Shown here piece by piece: positions 37,706 through 51,400 of a DNA stretch of 64,000 nt (position 1 is the first letter of the stretch; every line of letters begins with the position of its first letter). The position numbers and the translations under genes were made by a program. This DNA is from Trichoplax adhaerens (taxonomy: Eukaryota > Animalia > Placozoa): NCBI RefSeq assembly GCF_000150275.1, contig NW_002060960.1, positions 572,469 to 636,468 on the forward strand. Reading direction: 5' to 3'. Below the pieces are notes generated by a model. It saw only the letters and a list, made by a program, of their open reading frames with translations, searched no databases and had not been told where the DNA came from.

Positions 37706-40700
37706 AAAAAATCAAGGTATGTTATATATTGCATTATCTTTGCATTTATTTGCATCTCAAGATTATTAACCCAAAGTTTTGCATTTTTACTATTAATATA
37801 GGGCTAAGGATGGCAATTATGATATAATCACTCATATATCGTACACTTAATTATACGAAAATCTTAAAAAAGATTTTTATGCGTAAGCATAATATATATG
37901 TTTATAAATATACCGAGAGTACGTATATACTGTGTATGTATGTATGTATTTGTGTGAATTAATTCATAAAGATAAATTAAAAATACTCTACTTCAAATAC
38001 TTTGCCCAAATAAAACTTTTTAAATGTTTAAGTTAGCAAATTAGAGTAATAGCTACCACCTTTAGTGTATGGTTAATATCGCTTAATATAATATTTAATA
38101 ACCTATATTCGTCAATATCAAGATTGTTCCCGATGGTGATATTGTACGGACTTTGAAAATTGTCGCATGGTTTACACAGTTAATTATATATTAATTGCCT
38201 ATACTTCTGTTATCGACACATAACGCTGTAATAAAGTCTCGCCAGTCATCACTTTGATCTTGATGTGTGTTTTTCGTTGATGAAAATTTTATATATCGAT
38301 ATTCTTGCACGACTTGTATAAAATATTAAAGACAGTAGACTAATGTATTGACATTGTATGCATGAAATAAGTAATACTATGTATCCCAACACCGTTGACA
38401 TCGGCTAATTGACGTTACGAGATCGTGAAGTATTTGGCTGTAGTAATTAGTCTGCCTTTCCAAGATGATATTCAACGTTACATTACCTAGCATTTTATCT
38501 ATTTGATATGTGCACTTTATACAATACTCATGCTTGCAGAATTAGTTATTGTATATGAAAATCGATTACATTTAGTTGAAAATTAACTCATATACTATAT
38601 AATACTACAGACGTTGGCAAATGAATCGTATAATGTATTTATTCTAAATATTCATGTACTGTATATTGGTCACAATACACAAAATTAAGAAATGTAATTG
38701 AAACGATAGCAACATGTTGTTACTTTTATAATTTCCAGGATATAGCCGTACCTGATACTTCGTCTTAGTATTTATCGTTATATGATGTAATCATTTTGCA
38801 AAACCTTCATTCTCGTATGTCCTATCCTGCCCGGATAATCTGTACGTACGTAAGATTTTAAGATTTATGATCACCTTAACTGAGTAGTTACTACACTAAG
38901 TCTTTTTCTAGTAGTCTTTACTAAATCACTCCATGGAATAATGCAGGTCAATGATTGCTGCGCGTTAAAACTCGATATCATGAGTTTCGATAATAATTAC
39001 ACTTAAATCCCTACGCATTACACGCGTACATTACTCACTTTAACTTCCAACAAATGATGCAATTATAGTCATGAGAGAGTATTACGTACTATATACAGTA
39101 TACCACTAGAATATTGATAATGTTTAGTGTTTATGAATTAATTGTGTGAGCTTTAGCGCTATATAATTTTGGTAGTGAACCTGAAGTTGTTAATTGAAAA
39201 TGCTACAGTAATAGTATTTAATTTAATTTAAACGTTGATCAGTCTGTATTTGTATAAGAAATTAGCCCAATATGACACAAAAATTTGTTTTAGCTGCCAT
39301 ATAGATTGCAACACAGTACAGTACATCGTCGAGTAAAATTACAGTTGGCAGTTACAGTATAACCAATTACCATAACCAAGTGCTAATTTAGAAATGAATT
39401 TACCTCCATTAAAACTAGCTGTTATAATAATCCAGTAGATTATTGTTCTAAAGCGATATTATCTACAGACATTACATATCATATTATAATGTGGTAAAGT
39501 TTTACATCAGCGGAAGATCTCAATCTTTATACTTTGAATTTATAAGATATTTCGTCCCCTTGTTCATGATAGCCTGTTGTCACTTTTACAAAATAAAAAT
39601 GACAACTGTCTTCTAGTGTCAGTAAAATAGAACTCCGGTCAAGCATATCGGTGAGTTAATAATACAAAAGTACAAAACAAATTTGGCTGTATAGCCAAGT
39701 ACTAACAAGATGAGCTATTGGCTTACATCAATGCACTGCTGTACAAGGATGTATCAGATGAAATTTATTTATCAATTAATGACAGTTGTCGTCAACTATT
39801 TATTGCTAGATCGATTTAGAAGATAGTATAAATAAGCATTGTTTAATTGCGCACCCTTCCAGGGATATAACACTAAATTCAGTGATTTATAGATCATAAA
39901 AAAAGATAGTAATTTGATTGTAAGCTTTCCTAAGTATTTCACTTACAATCCTCTTACACGTATGTAGTTAATCTGAAGACACTAACTGCTAGAGTTACCG
40001 TACACAATGAATTAAAAAAAAAAAATAATAATTAAGGATAATAGTAGTAATTTTCAAATATACATACTATGTATTATGTTAATAGGTTTCATTCATTATC
40101 TATTAAGCTACAAATTTCAAGTATTTTACGTATTAATGAATAAATATCCAGTTTATTGTAGTCTTCTTATGATACAATATCATTAATAGTAGCAATGTTG
40201 TTGATATCTATCGTTTAACTGAATTTATAGTTGTTAGGGTATAAATATGTTAAGATCACTGGCAGGATCTTGCAGGGAGTTGTTTATGATATTGCGAAAC
40301 ATTATTATAAGCTATTATCTAGAATATAGTCGGCATACTCTACAATCTGTTTCGGATTAACTATGTCACATTTCAGATACGAGCGTAAATCAATAACGGT
40401 AATTATTTACATCCGTACTAGCGAAGTGGCTGAAAATATTTAATAAGAGAAATAGTCATAACGGCGAATGCATACAGCCCTGACTTACAGGAGATAGACC
40501 ATTTAAGAACGATGCGAAGGTCAATGAAGTCTTAATTATATATTAATTACGAAATAAAACGTCAATAAAGGTATATTCGCCAGGCAATGATACAAGGTAT
40601 TCTGATAGAATTAATTGAGCTAAAATTAGATGATGAAATGAAAGTATACATTAACTTAAATATTGGATCTAGAAACAGTCTATAGATAACCGATAAATTT

Positions 40701-43700
40701 GATTAAGAATTCAAGATATTTTATTAAATATTAAACAATGTTATTACTGGACTGGACTGAACAAAACAACATTAATAAATTAGCTTTCCGTTTTATTGAC
40801 GTCAGATCGCTTTAAACTTTAATTGCGTATCAACAAATTGGATTGTAGACACCTTTACCATTTCAAGTATATGCAAAAATACCCATATTATGTTGTGCCT
40901 TGATGGCGTTTTACTACTAAGATTTCTAACGGCTATTCAGTTCCGTACGATAATAGAGTTTGATGGAATAGAATTTCTATACTTGCTTATTTAGAGTATT
41001 GTATATCGATCCATAAGCTAAAGTGCTTAGAAACTTGCTCACTTTCGTGAAAATGTAGCGTATTAGTGGTAGTCATTTGACTGTAAAGTAGGTTCATTAT
41101 CAATACGATATGCGATGGGAATGAATGAAAGCGATGTGAATGAATGATAGGGTATACTGTTTACTTGTCATGGTATTAGAGCTTTTACGACATAGTCTTT
41201 AATTATAAAGGTAGATATCTTCTAAAAGTGTTAATGTCGATATAGTTTGCTTTACGGTAAGTTGTTAACGATTCTACTATTGAAACGATTATATTGACTT
41301 AAACAGTATTAGAGTTGTAGCTAATCAATCGTCGATTTGGTAAATTCCGTATGAATAAGACACAATGTCATTAAAGTAAAATCACTATTTACGATTTCAT
41401 CAATGTAAAGGTAATAAAAGCTGTTAATAGAAAATATTGTTTATTTCCCTTCCACATTCTTCCAATTGTTCATTCCCTAAAAATAATAACTAAATTGGGA
41501 AGTAATTTAATAATCATTTACTCTTTAGGCTTTCATTTTATTGCGTATTAAAAAATTCATCAACACAATTAGCTAACTTAGTCTCATCTAGGGTTCTCTC
41601 TCAGCAACCAATATCCGTTAAAAATCAGCAAATGATACAATATAACGCGAACAAGACGATGACTATGTATCCTATAACCTGCTTATAATTCTACCCTGGA
41701 ATCTGCTATTATCAAGGGTGATGACTGAATGGAAATTCATCAAGAACTAAAATTATAATGTTGATTTGCTAGTCCTATTTGCATTATAGATACTGCAGAT
41801 GAAGAAAACGCGGCTGTTGCGCTTAAGCTTTCAATCCGTTATTTACTTCTCGAATACATATCAAATCATCATCACAATTGACTGCTGCTTTGCCGCGTTT
41901 TTCTAATATCCTTAACGTTGACGTCATTATTTCTTAACGTCATACCGATTGCTGCTCGATCACATGGCACAACTTCTACAGTATATATGTACACAATAAC
42001 AACGAAAATATTCATATATTAAATCGTGTAAAATTTGCATCCTCACGATTGATCAGCAAGTTTCTTAAAACAAAAACAATTCTAATCATGGAATGTGACC
42101 GTTGTCATTAAGTTATTGTAATCCCTAAAGAGGTCAAAACTGTAATAAGCTTGAAGATCAAGCTTTTACTAATCCTATAGAGTAATACGATGCTATAAAG
42201 TACTTGAATTTCATGTGTAGAATATAGCAATCCCATTTATCGCCATTCATGAAAATCCGCAGAAAATGCTCTTGTATGGCTTTCGATACAGTTACGTTTT
42301 TGCCGCTAGTTTGAGGCATTTCTTATGATGTTTGAACAGCAATCCAAGACTTCTTAATTGCCCTTTGAATGACGCAGCAAGGGCTGGGCTTCGCTAAAAT
42401 GGTTCCTTCATTCCATTGGCACACGTGGTATCAACAATGAAAGTTACACTTGAACAATCACAGATGATATTAATTAAGGTTCTCTTCCTCTTGATAATAA
42501 TAAACTTGGATAATAGAAAGAATGAGTAATTATTTATAGGTGGGCCTTTGAATTGTACTGACAAACCGTTACTATTGTTCTCCAACACACAACAAAGCTT
42601 TGATCGCCTTAATCTAATTCAAGAAGTACAGTACTGTATGGATGAATCAATAACATTACCCATAAATCCATGGGGCAACGTTCCAAGTCCATTAGTAATA
42701 TTATATTATACGGTATAATTGAACCCAGGTGAAATGGCTTGTGGGATACGTTCCTTTGTTGAGATAAATGGAATTATCACGTGGATGATCGATGCTGATA
42801 GGTTAGGAGAGACGTTATTGTTGTAGTCACGTTATCCTTGCAGAAATCATTAAGCTAATTAATAAAATATTTAGGGAAATATTTATTAGCAGGATATTTC
42901 AATTACTTTGCTGGATTACTATTTGATACGCAGACAATGTCGGCATTGCAAGAGAGAATAGTTTGGGATGTCAATGGCAATGAATGATTACTTTTGTTGA
43001 AATGTTAATTATTCAATTAGGGTGGGAATAAATGAATAATCGATAACTTATCAGTGGCAAAGTAGTGCACATGCGATGGCTAGAGAAGTTTAGTACTCAG
43101 GAAAGGCTCGATTTTGACGATATTGTAAATGCGAGATAGATTATTTTGACGATAGCGTAACTTATCCATAGTAATTACATCCATTTGAGTACTAAAAGAG
43201 GATAGTTCAAAAGATCAGATACTTGCTATTGCTTCATTGTACAAAACAACATCAGTAATACTGAATATGCGTCCGTTGTAAGGTTAAACTTTTTGAGTTT
43301 TGTCCAGTCATTGCTTATGCATAAAGCATTTACATTTCCCTTTGAGCCTACGTTGTATAGATAGATTAGCTGTAGACACCTTGTCTACCGCTTTAACAAG
43401 CAAATCGATGTGGCTTAAAAGCATAAATTGAGGAGATGGCATAAAGCAATTGTGCCCAAATTTCTTTATTATGCTAAACAATTTATGATTTCCATTAGCA
43501 TCAAATAAAGCTATAGAAGGTTCTTTTATAGTAGCTTGATTATCATCCCACTGTATACTGTATCTACGTGCTAGATATAAAGCAAAGATGATAAATTACA
43601 TAACTTTAGGGTTATCAGGTAGGGAAAACTATCTATAATTAGTTCATAGCTATCGCTACCCTAATTTTAAGTAACACCGTAGTATCGCTTCTGAATCATC

Positions 43701-46204
43701 TTTTTAGCCAAGTGGTAGTCTCCTTTATTCATCAAATCTTGCTTAATTGAAATAATAATTAAACTAGATTAGCTATATCTATCTGAAGTTAAGTCGTGCC
43801 ATGTTGCGTTAAAATTGGCGAAAGTTATAATTAGAGATAATATAATTGAAAGGTGTGATCTTATTTTATATTTCTAAACGAAATTTATTTGTAGTACATT
43901 AAAGAGGCATTTTTGTTGATCTAATGGCCTACGTGAATAATTATGAATTCATCAGCAATGACCATATTGAAGAGCTATTGGTTATATAAATATGCTCCGA
44001 ATTTTTTAACAGCAAATAATACGGCTTTGATGATACGGTAACTAACAAAAGAAGCATCATGATGATGCAATAAAATTAGTATACAGAAAGACGACTCGTA
44101 CGATTTTATCAGTGTGCAATGATTCCTTTTTGTGATAATTGATACTTATTGAGAGTTTAACCTGTTAATGCTGCTGTAGCATTAGTCAAATTAATTGTTG
44201 TCTACAATCAATGTCGTTAGGTGTTGACAAATTAGTTTATGGAATAAAAATCAACAGTAGCCTCATTCATGACATCCTGATTTGTCATCGTTTAATATAG
44301 CATAATAACAACAGTAAAATTACGACTGAAATTAAAACATCAATAAACCTAGCCCTATATAGATTATATTATTATTTATTCGATGACGGGTTGCCCATCC
44401 CTTGTGCAATTCTATGACTATAGCATTGTAATCAAAGCAACACGTGCATTTTTCCATCAAAATAAAAAAAAAAAATTATTACGCAGGTAAATTGACCCGT
44501 CCTTATTGCCCTTGAAATTATTTGCATATGGGGCGTTTTTATCTCGATAGGCTACACCTCGATAGGCTACATACAACTGACAGCTATAAGTGACAAAGTT
44601 GATTTTTTATCTATCTTGCTGGCTCTGAAATCACTCTATGTGTTTAAAGAGAACTATTGCATTTTGAATTAACCATTTGCCTTGAAAGTTGAAGCTCGAG
44701 GTAAGTTGTTTCAGTCAAAATATGATAATATTTGCTAGATTTACACGGTATGGAAGATAAAATCGGTGTATTATTGATTTTCCTATTGATAGAACGGCAA
44801 TTTCAAACGTTTGAGGCTGTTAGTGGTTGGATAGAGAGAAAATAGGATAATTGCTGTTAATTAACCTTGGTAGGTGTTATAAGACCTCCTATAATGCGTC
44901 ATGCGTAAATATTTGACTGAATAATTCATTCGGTATAATTAATTAATTATATTATAGACAGCTATTTCGTATGTCGCCCTTGAGCAATGCCTGCAGTGGA
45001 TAAAACCGCATGCATTCTATTGAATCACTATCTGGCATACTTGCAGTATTCTGCATTATATCTCATTGAATGTCATAAATTGCAATTTGCATATATTAAT
45101 TTCTGTGGCTTACTACATTTGTTATCAGCCGTAGCTGTAATGAATGAAATTAAATATACATTTTACTATTGCAGAGAAATAAGTCCTTTAATTCAGTAAC
45201 TGAATTAAAATTGAATAACTTTGCGTTCATGCTATACTATTGCTAACTTTCTAGTTTATTTTATATAAAACATAGTTTACTAAGTGACAGTGATGGTTTA
45301 TTGCCAATTGTAGCCTCAGTACGAGATGCTATATCAGATTATCATCTTGAGGTCGGTAAAGTTTATTGCTTATCGATCCTGACTTGATAATTTAGCGTAC
45401 ACGAATTTAAAAAGCCCTATCATGCATAATCATGAGTAGGTCTTGCATGTAATACTGCAGCTATGCTCGTTAAAAGTATTACTCATTTGAATAAGATAGC
45501 TTTCAGATTTGCTTACAATATGTGGAAAGCTTGCCACTACAATACAAATACGGTGAGAATGTCACTAACGCAGCATCATTCATGAGAAGCAAAGCTAATC
45601 TATATCAAGTGTACTGTCTGTATAGCTCCAAAATAATTTTTAATTTTATAGACTAGCAGTACCAAAATACGAGATCTCGTATTGCGTAGCTTTATTGCTT
45701 CTCGTTGCGTCATTACCATTTTAACTTTAGTTGTTACATACTATAAATAATAAATACTCCAGCAGTGATAGTTTTCCTTGCTAATTTTTGTTTTCATTAG
45801 TTCATTAGTTGTTCACGAACGAGAACGCATGATAGATTCGAAATAGTTGTTTATGACCTTACAGTGCAATCGTTATACAAATCTAATTGAATCTTTTGCT
45901 AATGCCCCAGCTAATGCTGATGCTATTGAGTAACAGTATCGCGGTTATTGCGACTATTGCGATAGCTATTATATTACTAAAATTTGAATTAATTAATGAT
46001 TAAAACAGCTTGATGCAATCGGTATCGATGCTTTAAGCATTCATTTAACTTTTTTATTTTTTGCTATCACTGCAGTCGTATTGGATCAATACTGATTTCA
46101 AACACTGAATCATTACACTTTTCTTACCTAGTATAGTTTATTAATCATCGATATTGATCATGATTAGCAAGGTGTGATTATCTATTATTTACTTCATCAT
46201 ACGC

Positions 46205-46400
46205 GTACTTTTTACTTTTATTTCAATTTCCGAAAGAAAATTGTTTTTTATTTACTCTCAGTCACTAGTATAATGTATAACATAATACTTTGCAACGTAG
46301 TCTTTATTTTAATTTCCGGAAGAAAATTGTTTTTTACTTATTCTCTGCTATTTGTACTGTATAATGAAAAAAACTTTCTATTGTACAGTACTTTGCAACA
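46205..46400. repeat. Diverged tandem repeat, 2 x ~90-100 bp
   Basis: TTTATTT(C/T)AATTTCCG(A/G)AAGAAAATTGTTTTTTA at ~46217 and ~46303; TACTTTGCAAC at ~46285 and ~46389. Confidence 0.75.
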
Positions 46401-46475
46401 TGGTGCAAGAGCGACAAGGGTTTCCCTACAACTCTGTCTTCATATTACTAAATCGATTATATCGAGTGACTAAAG

Positions 46476-46681
46476 TAACTCTTCAAAATAGATCGTGATT
46501 ACAGAAGGTAACTTGGGTGCTAAGAGTGACACATTTCTTGCTAAATTGTATCCATTGACCTAAAAATAAATCAGCTGCTACAAGGCATCGCGTAACTCTT
46601 GAAAATAGATTGTGATAGCGCAACGTAACTTGAGTGCGAAGAATAACCCATGTTTCTAGGTGAACTATATGCATCGATCTA
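46476..46681. repeat. Diverged direct repeat with a 116-bp period
   Basis: GTAACTCTT(C/G)AAAATAGAT(C/T)GTGAT...GTAACTTG(G/A)GTGC.AAGA at 46476 and 46592. Confidence 0.8.
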
Positions 46682-48477
46682 TCATAAATCGGCTACAAGT
46701 CATGTTTTGCAGTAGGAAAAGACAGTTCTATAATACTGTATTGGTTTCTTGGTCAGTCTTACAATCCATGATTGGGTTTTCAACAGGAATGTACAAATTT
46801 CTTTTCAAGAAATGTTCATTCAATACACACTCATTCAGTACACATTACTTTCAGTTTCATAGACGAGTAATGTATTATTCAAAGCAGCAACGGCGTACAG
46901 AAATTGCCAATCAGATGGTGATCGCAATGTTGATACCGATGAAATCCATCCATTTTGGCTTTATTTCAGTTCGATTCATTCTTAATTCAATTACGGCCAC
47001 TTGTGGTTATCAAGATATTCCACCTTTTGCAAGTGGTTGCGCAACCATTTGTAGTCGTATTCTCTTCTCCTCCTCTCTGTGTGGAATTATCACTACAAGT
47101 TATCGTAACACGATTTACCAGGAATGTAGCGGTATCATGTGGCGCCGTGTTGTTCCTACAGTTGTTCCAGTAAGTACTGTATACAAGGAAACGATAAGAT
47201 AATACATTGAAGAATGGAAGTGCGTGTGATCGCTGACGCATAAATGCGAGCCATGGCCATGATTGGTTCATTACGCTTGGTGTCAATGCGCCTTTGTTTA
47301 TTAGGCAGCTTGGAATTATCTTGCAAGGGATGCGTGATTAAAATTGATAGTGGAATCCCTGGCGATACCGTACTGTACTGTACTGTACCGTCACGTCCAT
47401 GCCAAGGTTGACAACTGCGTTAAAAACAAAACAAACTGAGCACAAGTGATCATTTCGCGCTGTCAAGCAGTGAAGGAGGAAGTTTTGCTTGCTAGGATTA
47501 ATTCATTGGTAAGTAATTGGATAGGACTTTTAATTTTTTCATGAGCAGTAGTTGAATCCAACTTTTTCTCAAAGTAATACTTGGATCAATTCCATGAATA
47601 CTTTTACAAATTAATTTTAATGTCATGTCAATGAATATACCTGGTAAAGTTGAATTTTCAGTGGGAAAGTGATCTATCATCCAAAAATGGTAAATGACTA
47701 GTTTAGTTCTCGTGTGTTCCATTCCAAGTGGCAATAAACAGCTTTTGGTAGTCTACTGTAGTCTGTTAGCAGATTTTATTTTTTTTTTCACCAAAGCCGT
47801 GGATAGTATTGTACTTGCGGCATGACTTATCATAGCAAAGGCTTATGGACTGAATAGCAATACTGCTATTTATTTAAGCATTTATGATGCGACGAGTTCA
47901 TGGATCATGTATAAATAGTAAAGTAGTTGGATAGTAAAATTTTGCGCCGATATTGCTGCTCTTGACATAATTGACTTACGCACAATAAGCACAACTTGCT
48001 CCCCCAAAAAGTCCATTGATTTTTATCACAGTTTCGACATTGAATTACTGTTCCATATTTCTACTTAGAGTAATGAAGTATTTTGTGAATCCTTTTCTAC
48101 ATATGGCTCTTCACAATCAAATAGCTTGCGTGCTCATAATACAAGATTTCTGAATAGGTAGTTGACACGAAATCAAACAAAATGGACATTTCCTTTTACT
48201 TATTCTGTACTCAAGATCGTGTTGTAAAATTCATTGATTGATTCACTACAACGAAAAGTTCTTCTCAAGACAATGATATTGGTGCAAACCACTGGCTGAC
48301 TTGTTCAATAAGTCCGTATAGTATCACATTGGTCACCAACGATTTTGCTTTCAACTGCCTATTATTCACGTTATCAATACAGGCTGTAGCAGCAGCTTCA
48401 GACAATTCACGTGAATCGCGAAGCGCAGAGATAAGATCGTTGCGCGTCAAAATATTGACTCTGCTTGAAGCGCACAC
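46660..48477 (-). pseudogene. Decayed intron-containing gene or transposon relic of unknown family, with CxxC motifs
   Basis: One clean exon at 48477-48301 (taacag|VCASSRVNILTRNDLISALRDSRELSEAAATACIDNVNNRQLKAKSLVTNVILYGLIEQ|gtcagc). It is followed by stop- and frameshift-broken frames: KRKCPFCLISC, VIQCRNCDKNQW..LCLLC|gtaagt, KYYFEKKLDSTTAHEKIK, RRIDTKRNEPIMAMARIY, LNEHFLKRNLYIPVENP. Confidence 0.45.
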
Positions 48478-51400
48478 CTGTTACCAAGTTTTCATTTCAT
48501 TCTAATGATTACCTACAGTCTACTTTCACTTACTTTGTTCTGAACAACGAGTGTACAGTGTACAGTGCATACAGTAGGTACTGTAGTGTTATAGACGTAC
48601 AGTACTGTACTTTAGCAAGGAGTACTGGTACCGCACAGTACTGTGCAGCAATAAAGTACTTTTTAAACGGACTGTTAGAACGCTTGAGCGCTTGCATAGC
48701 ATGTAGAAGGCATAATTTCTGTCTACCATTCTGTTAGAGGCCTTGTGCAGCAAGAAGAAAGAAGTTTTGGACTAACTTAATTCTAATACAATGTAAGGGA
48801 TTAGATGGGCAATGAACATTATACTGAAAAGATAGGATCATGGAAAGGACTCGTTTGCCGAGATAGTAGAGCTCTTTCAATTGGTGTTGTTATTCCTTAT
48901 TGGAGGGAGGCGATCGTGTTGAGAGACAATTTTGGACATTTTTAACATGTCAGGGATACAAATAGACACCTACGTTTTCCAGATTTGTGTACAACATACA
49001 GAGAAATCCGTACTGTATAGTCTGTACCCTATTGTTAGTTTACAGAAATTGTTGCAATGAAACATCTACTTTACTATATATTTACATAGATTACGTATTC
49101 GCCTTCTCTGTGAATAATGATATAATTTGACGTAGTAAAAACTATAGCTTTTGTTTATTTCTAAAACTCATTAGATCGAAATAGTAAGTCGTAATGGTTT
49201 GACGTTAATTAACGCATGCCATTATACATTATCGGCTGGGCTTAGGGCATGATTATAATAATTTTATTTTAACAGTAAGTAAACAGTTGATACCGAACAT
49301 GAGAAGCTGAAATTATTTACGGCATTGTACAGTATAGTACATGAAGTATTAAATACATGCTTTCAAACTGTACAATACAATAAATAAATAAATTTTATAG
49401 TACAGATCATATTATAGTATAGAAAAGCCAATAGTATCTTCGTTGTGTACATTCTTGGAATGGAGTCATATACTGATAGAGGTATTTATCTTGGTTATAG
49501 TACGATACTGATATTGGAAAGAGATGAATGTTTGATTGAATAATATTAAACCTGGGTATTAGACTTCTCGTGGATTTACAACTACAATATTCTATTACGT
49601 TTCTTAATAATAATCTGCAAATGCGTTGTTAAAAATACTTCAAAGGCTGGTTTTTAGATGAGAAATTTTTGATCCTTGCTACAGTTACTAAATGGCTAAT
49701 ACCATAGCTGATTACCCGATATTAGAATACCAATCAAACAAAATTTCACTTGCTTATCTTGTACGATATGATATTGTGATTACATCTAGACGGAATCTTT
49801 ATTATTACTTGCATGAAAGTTTTACATGGTTTTTTCGTAAATACTCCTAGCATTCTCCTTGTTATTGTACTGTACAGCCTGTAAGCTTGTAAGAATGAGC
49901 TACAGTAATAAACCATTACTGACTGCTTTGCACTGAAAGCTCGTTATGCAATGTCTGAAGAACATGAATAACTTAAAATAGTTTGTACAATTCTGCGAGG
50001 TAGAAGAATCCGTGGCATCACTCAATTACTGTATAGTTTCGTTGCTACTACATTTTACCTTATGGCTGCGTGAAATTCCTCTACCAATCTGAGTAATAGA
50101 TAACAGATGGCTTTTCTTGTAGTTCGGAATGTTGTGGGCTTTACTACAATCTGTCACTCAAACAACTCCCGAAAAAGGATGTAATCTTATCGTGCCTTAT
50201 TGATTTAGTTTATCAACATTTATTCGTGAATACGAGTAAATTACATTGAAGTATGGTTGAGAAAATCTTGTGCATGAGCATATATATTTATATTTATTGA
50301 TTATTGAATTTATATGATTGAATTGTGATATGATCATTACTCGCGTATTTGCTACTAGAATATATACACAAGTTGAAACGGCTAAATCAACGTTATCCAC
50401 TAGCCTCGTCGTAGTAAAATAGGGCTGAGTAGCGTTAGTAATTTAAAAATGTAAAATAGTTCGCTTACAGGACTAGGAAATTTAAAACTCAGTAGCCGTT
50501 CAAAGCTACCTTTTTTGTATCATGTAGTTACGAAATGGTGTTTAAATACCTTAATATCAATGCTAAATGCAGGTCAAGACGATTGATTTACTGGTAAGGC
50601 ATGGCTAAGAGCACTGGATAAATAAACGAATGATTTGCACAGCAATAATTTCAGAACTGATCAAGTTTATTTAACTGCGAGAAACGTATAAAATGATAAA
50701 CAACAAGAATCGGTCTTGCTTTCGAACTTTGGAGTACAGTATGAGTACTTTCTAAAGAATGACAAAAAATATACTTACAATCATTGAAGAAATTTTCTAC
50801 TGTAAACACTTTTTTGTGAAATCTTCTATGTTTACAAACATTCGTTCCCTACCGGCATAGATGTTCTACTGTATAATATGATATACATACTAAAATTTTT
50901 ATTTATATCCAATGTGTTATTGATTATCGTAAGTGATATGTAGATTTTTGATACTACCTGAAAATATTCAGAAAGGAATGCAGTGATACGGCTTCTGATA
51001 GATGGTGATAATTAATTTGCGTTGATATTAATGCTCGTATAAACTACGGAGAGGATGTATTGCATTAGTTATTTTTATTAATTAATTCGATGCAACTATA
51101 ATATAATCATCATGACAAAAGAATGTAACCCATGCTATGGACTACTAGAAAAGTAACCGTAATGTTCCTTTCTAGTGGTCCATGTCCATACTGACTTGAT
51201 TTTACGGCTGCACTAAAAAGCTGAAATGAATGATCATTGGTTTAGCGAAAATACGTAAGCTGCCAAGTTTTTGTCTGCAGTAAACGTATTGTCTTCTTGC
51301 TTGTTCTGCTCATCTTCGTTCCAACCCTATTAGAATGTATTAAAATAGTTACAAGTTCACATGACACTAATATTAGCTTACGGAATTTGTAATGTGATAG

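Noticed and set aside
44543-44571. 15-bp tandem duplication CTCGATAGGCTACAC
   Set aside because: Ordinary slippage duplication with no further structure
46660-47202. 180-aa plus-strand ORF
   Set aside because: No recognisable domain; better explained as the antisense shadow of the decayed minus-strand frame
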